DNA of 64,000 nucleotides. Source: Trichoplax adhaerens (lineage: Eukaryota > Animalia > Placozoa). The stretch lies in the NCBI RefSeq assembly GCF_000150275.1, contig NW_002060960.1, positions 350,189-414,188 of the forward strand, read 5' to 3'. A program made the translations under genes and the position numbers. The notes beneath the pieces were generated by a model. That model searched no databases. It had not been told where the DNA came from and worked only from the letters and a program-made list of their open reading frames with translations. Shown here piece after piece: positions 59,854-64,000 of the stretch (position 1 is its first letter; every line of letters begins with the position of its first letter).

Positions 59854-61533
59854 AAGCAAATTTTAAAATTAATTAAGATTGCAATAAAGCTGAAAACATT
59901 AATGAAAATTTTGACCGTTATAATCATCTATATTTTTATTCCATGTACTTGAATGTACAAGTATGTAGACCTATCATTCAGTCAAAAATTCCTAGAGAAT
60001 ATAAAATGTAAGTAGCATAAATATATGCTCTCACTGATCTACGTGTAGCAGCTGGTTTTGCCATTTGCCAATTTTACCAAAGAGCATAATCAAGCGAAAG
60101 TTATTGATGTATTAACTTCTTAAATATTGTTAAAGTATTTGAATGTAGTAGGCAATTTTCTGTAACTTGTAACGCGATCCGGCATTGATTCTACCTAAAA
60201 AAATTTGACTACTATTGTGCATATAATCATTGCCGTGTATCGTAATAGAAATACGAATATTCTCTAAACTGTCTAGTAATGAAGTTCTTTCGACATAAAG
60301 TGGAAATAAACCAACTTTACAATTATCAGTATTCAAGATAGAATTTGTCTAAAATGAGAATTTTTTCTATATTTGATTATCTCTTACTCTCATAGTAAAT
60401 AAATCATTTTAGCGAATGCATATAGGGACAAATGAGTTCATAACATTCGACGAGATAATCAATCAATGCACTTTTCGCGTCAATAATTCTAATTTAACAT
60501 AATATCCGTGCGATAAGGCAAGTTGTTTGTGTTAGTAAATACCCGTTTATAGTGGTGTACAATGCAACTTATAGTATACACCTTGCATTGCTTTCTATAT
60601 TTATTCTAAATAGCGTTGTATACAGGTGCTCTCATTAACTGTCAAAGTACCGGTAATCTTATTGTTCTTCTACGTTATGAAATTAACTTTGACAGCAAAT
60701 AAAATGGGGGAAGCAGCCGGACAACAATCTATTAAATCTTTGACCAAGAGATAGACCAAGTAATGCTTTAATACTACCAAGACTACCAAAAATTACGGAA
60801 AAATTTCTTTCACTTCTATATCACGTATGCTGTAGTCTACAAACAACTTAGCTGGTTGCAGGATATTAAATGAATTTTAATCTTTGCACTATCAGATGGA
60901 AATAATCAAGTATAAGCCATAGGTTACAATTAGATTTAGCTATAACTGTATCTCTATATATAAACAGAACTGTTATATATTATCTTTTATATCAGCATTA
61001 ATTGGTAAATCTTTAAAGCACTATTTTGTGGAGTTAGCCGCTTTGCTAGCCATGCAGATACCTTAACGGAAATTTTCTGAACTTGCACTTTTAAGACACG
61101 TAAATGTATATAGCATTCTACTAAGGTTTTATAGACCTATAAGATCTATCTCTATTCTATGGCTGTCTTTAGATAAAAGTAGAGCAAAATTCCAGACTCC
61201 TAAGATAGTATCGTATGAGTATACATGACGTACAGTAAATTTAAAATTCCTAGCATTTCCAAAATCTTCATGAATTAACTATAGTGTCTCCTGATTACTG
61301 TACTACAATTCTAATGCAGGCCTGAAGGAGAAAGCATACGTATTTGGCACACAAAAACTGTCAGAATTACAAACAAGGGCAAGTAAAGCGTCAGCAAATT
61401 GCACCAATGCGTAATCTAACTTTGCTATTAAATATACAACAGGATCAATTATGAGGCTAAAGATCAAGTAAACAGAAAAGTAATGGTAAGCAAGATCCAG
61501 TATAGCACCAACTAAAATTAGATAGTCATGAGT

Positions 61534-61551
61534 TGACGTCATAGGGACGGA
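61534..61551 (+). promoter_or_regulatory. Putative ABCC paralog 3 promoter: CRE + GGGACGG
   Basis: TGACGTCA 61534-61541 followed by GGGACGGA, 381 nt upstream of ATG 61915. Confidence 0.45.
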
Positions 61552-61914
61552 ACCCATTCGTGCAGTTTACGTCGACTATTTATTTGTCTACTCGTTTACT
61601 GTAAATCTATTCTGATGTTCGTATAATATTTATTTTAGTTATTAATACGCGTGCTTATGAAAGGACAATTAAAGTATCATCGGTTAAGCCTGCTAAGCAA
61701 CATATGTCATTATTTCAACTATTTCAGTAATCTATTTTATTTTACGTTATAGCTTAACTTGAATAGTATCTTAATAGGTTGAAAAATGACCGTTTTTGGT
61801 GTATAATTCCTGTACACGCAATACCTTTTTCTATTATTTAAATTCATATCGAATCTATATTGAATCTATAAATTTATTAAAGTCGCTTGAAATATTGTTG
61901 GCTTGAGCGAAGAA

Positions 61915-62007
61915 ATGGCTGAACAACTAAGTGCACTATCCAACATTACGGCCACATCACATCCAATCGGAGTTTTAGATTTATGCCAGCCTGTGTCACC
62001 TTTCTGG
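61915..62007 (+). CDS. Exon 1 of a third ABCC/MRP1-like paralog; the rest lies beyond the window
   Basis: The 93-nt stretch from ATG to TGG|gtgagt encodes MAEQLSALSNITATSHPIGVLDLCQPVSPFW. It matches paralog 1 exon 1 (MAE...GVRDFCSPLSLFW) with the same phase-0 donor after FW. I found no exon 2 in 62008-64000. Confidence 0.75.
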
Positions 62008-64000
62008 GTGAGTTAAATTGCTGTAAATGTTTACTTTATTCTGCCTTAAACTATCGCGTGAATTACTAACAGCCTTATCGAGGACATTCTAAATTATACT
62101 ACTTGAAAATGGTTCCTGTAAGCTAGTTTACTATCCTTTATCATAAGATTTGATGCAAAAAATTGTATTCCTTAATTACAGTAGTATCGTTTCAAATGAT
62201 ATAAAACGCTTATTGTATGATATAATGAATTATTAGCTGTGTAAAGTAAAGCAATTTGGCGGGACTAAATGAAACTGTTGCGTCATGTAAAATGTAGGCT
62301 TTTGAACTCCAAGTCGATAATATCATTTCATTTTAGTGACATTCATTCGTTAGCATCTTTGCTTATCGCAATATGTACTAAGGTTCGACGAAAGATTGCG
62401 TACCTGAAATGTTGCTAGAATTTTTCAATAAGACATGATAGTACTTGAATTTTTGAAGTATGGAACGTGAAATCATAGACAAAATTGACCCAATTAAGGC
62501 ATTGTACAAAACTAAGGATGAAAATGGTTAAAAAACTTTACATGCAAAATCCATAATAGCGGATTCTAGATTAAAAGAGGAGAGTTATTCATTCTATTGC
62601 TGAGTATGGTTTATTAATAAGCACATGTAGTAAAAGGTGGACGACGGAAGCATTTATTTGTTGTCTATATTTAGATGCAATATTTTTTTAGTTGCTATGT
62701 TTTAAGGTGATATTGCATGATTCAATATGGTAACGCATATTTTAAAGTAATATAGATATTTAATTGTAGCTCAATTTTAGTGCAGAAAATGACTAAATGC
62801 ATGGAAAAAGTCCGAAATAAAGTATCCTTAGCTAGATGTTGATCTACTAACAAGTTTAAGTCAAATCAATTTAATAGTCGGACAGTAGAATTTTGCAGCA
62901 TAATAGCTAAACAAAGTTAAATTACTAGTGAATAGTCTTGCCATAACTACACTATGTTCATACTCGTATGAATATTACAACAATAATTGCATGATTGGTG
63001 GTCCATATTACGATCTGGGATTGCTCTCAGATGTAAATATTACATTAATAAATAACAATAAAAATAAATGAAAGTGCAATTAATCTCATTGGTAGGTAGT
63101 TGAAAAGGAACAGTCGTAATTACAATCTCCGTCGCTTATGCTAGATGATGACTTAGTGATGGAAGCTCAGATAGGAAAAAATTTTCAACGTCGACTAATT
63201 CTTTTCATCAATATGTACAGTTTAGCCAATATTTGCAAGAGATACTGTTATCAACAAATGAATTTTTAACCCAACTACCTTGCAAAGTTGTAATTGTCCA
63301 AAATTTATGATTAATGTTACGATAAGTCTGTCAAATCTTCATACCTGAATAGCCGATCTGAAATAATAACATTGATATCTTGCAGGGAAGATTCTTGATT
63401 AAATAAATTTATTATCAACAGTTACCTGCAGTAAAGGCTAGTGTTAGCCTTACAAGCGTAGATCATTACGTACCGCTACTATTTGCGTATAATCCCAGAA
63501 AATGAGCTACGAGTAATAATTTAACATACCACGTAAAATCTAATTGCGTATTCCAAAAATCATAATTGTATACATTTTTTTAATTAATAATCTCAAGTAA
63601 GAAATGCTTTCTTCAATGCTTAAGTTTGAATTAATTTTGCAGGGTAAAGGCTATAACGTAGTACTAGTTTAGCTATTCGTAATCTTAAGCAGCTATTACG
63701 AACCTAATTTACGAGATTAAACTACGATTGAAAACTTTAAAAATTATCGATTCTCCATTTTACCTGTTTAGAAGCTTAAGTTTAAATATCGTATTTAATA
63801 GATAAATCAGATAATAGAGTGTTATTCAACCATTATCCTCGCTTATATACGCAATGTTTTTTGGCTTATCGTGCAGGGCTAAATTAATAATTGAAAATCT
63901 AGTCAAAATTTTTCTAGTAATCAAATTTTACAATATGAAGTAGAATTGAAAGTAGAGCTAAGATGTAGAGAGGAGTATATATAGATTTCTACCTTTGCAT

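Noticed and set aside
61303-61557. Hydrophobic 84-aa minus-strand ORF
   Set aside because: No recognisable family; it overlaps the putative promoter of ABCC paralog 3, and its composition is typical of AT-rich chance ORFs

Overview
This is AT-rich, intron-dense eukaryotic DNA. The short GT-AG introns and gene content fit an early-branching animal; a placozoan such as Trichoplax is my inference and is not shown by the sequence. Reading splice sites by hand gives three gene blocks. (1) 1-15.7 kb, minus strand: a gene the ORF track almost entirely misses, with a signal peptide, one atypical LDLa module, an LRR N-cap and at least 26 single-repeat LRR exons; it runs off the left edge. The architecture is that of an RXFP/type-C LGR ectodomain but with far more LRRs, and the 7TM part is not in the window. 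(2) 18.4-32.6 kb, minus strand: three tandem mitochondrial enoyl-CoA delta isomerase (ECI1) paralogs. They show mosaic similarity, the third copy has a relocated start codon, and nuclear-receptor-type AGGTCA elements lie near their starts. (3) 34.3-64 kb, plus strand: a tandem array of long (TMD0-containing) ABCC/MRP1-like transporters, two complete plus exon 1 of a third. The two complete genes share a GC-AG intron, and all three have a CRE-like site about 380-415 nt upstream of the ATG. Local tandem duplications and a 77-bp hairpin are also present. I saw no rRNA, tRNA, CRISPR array or intact transposase. All coordinates were counted by hand.
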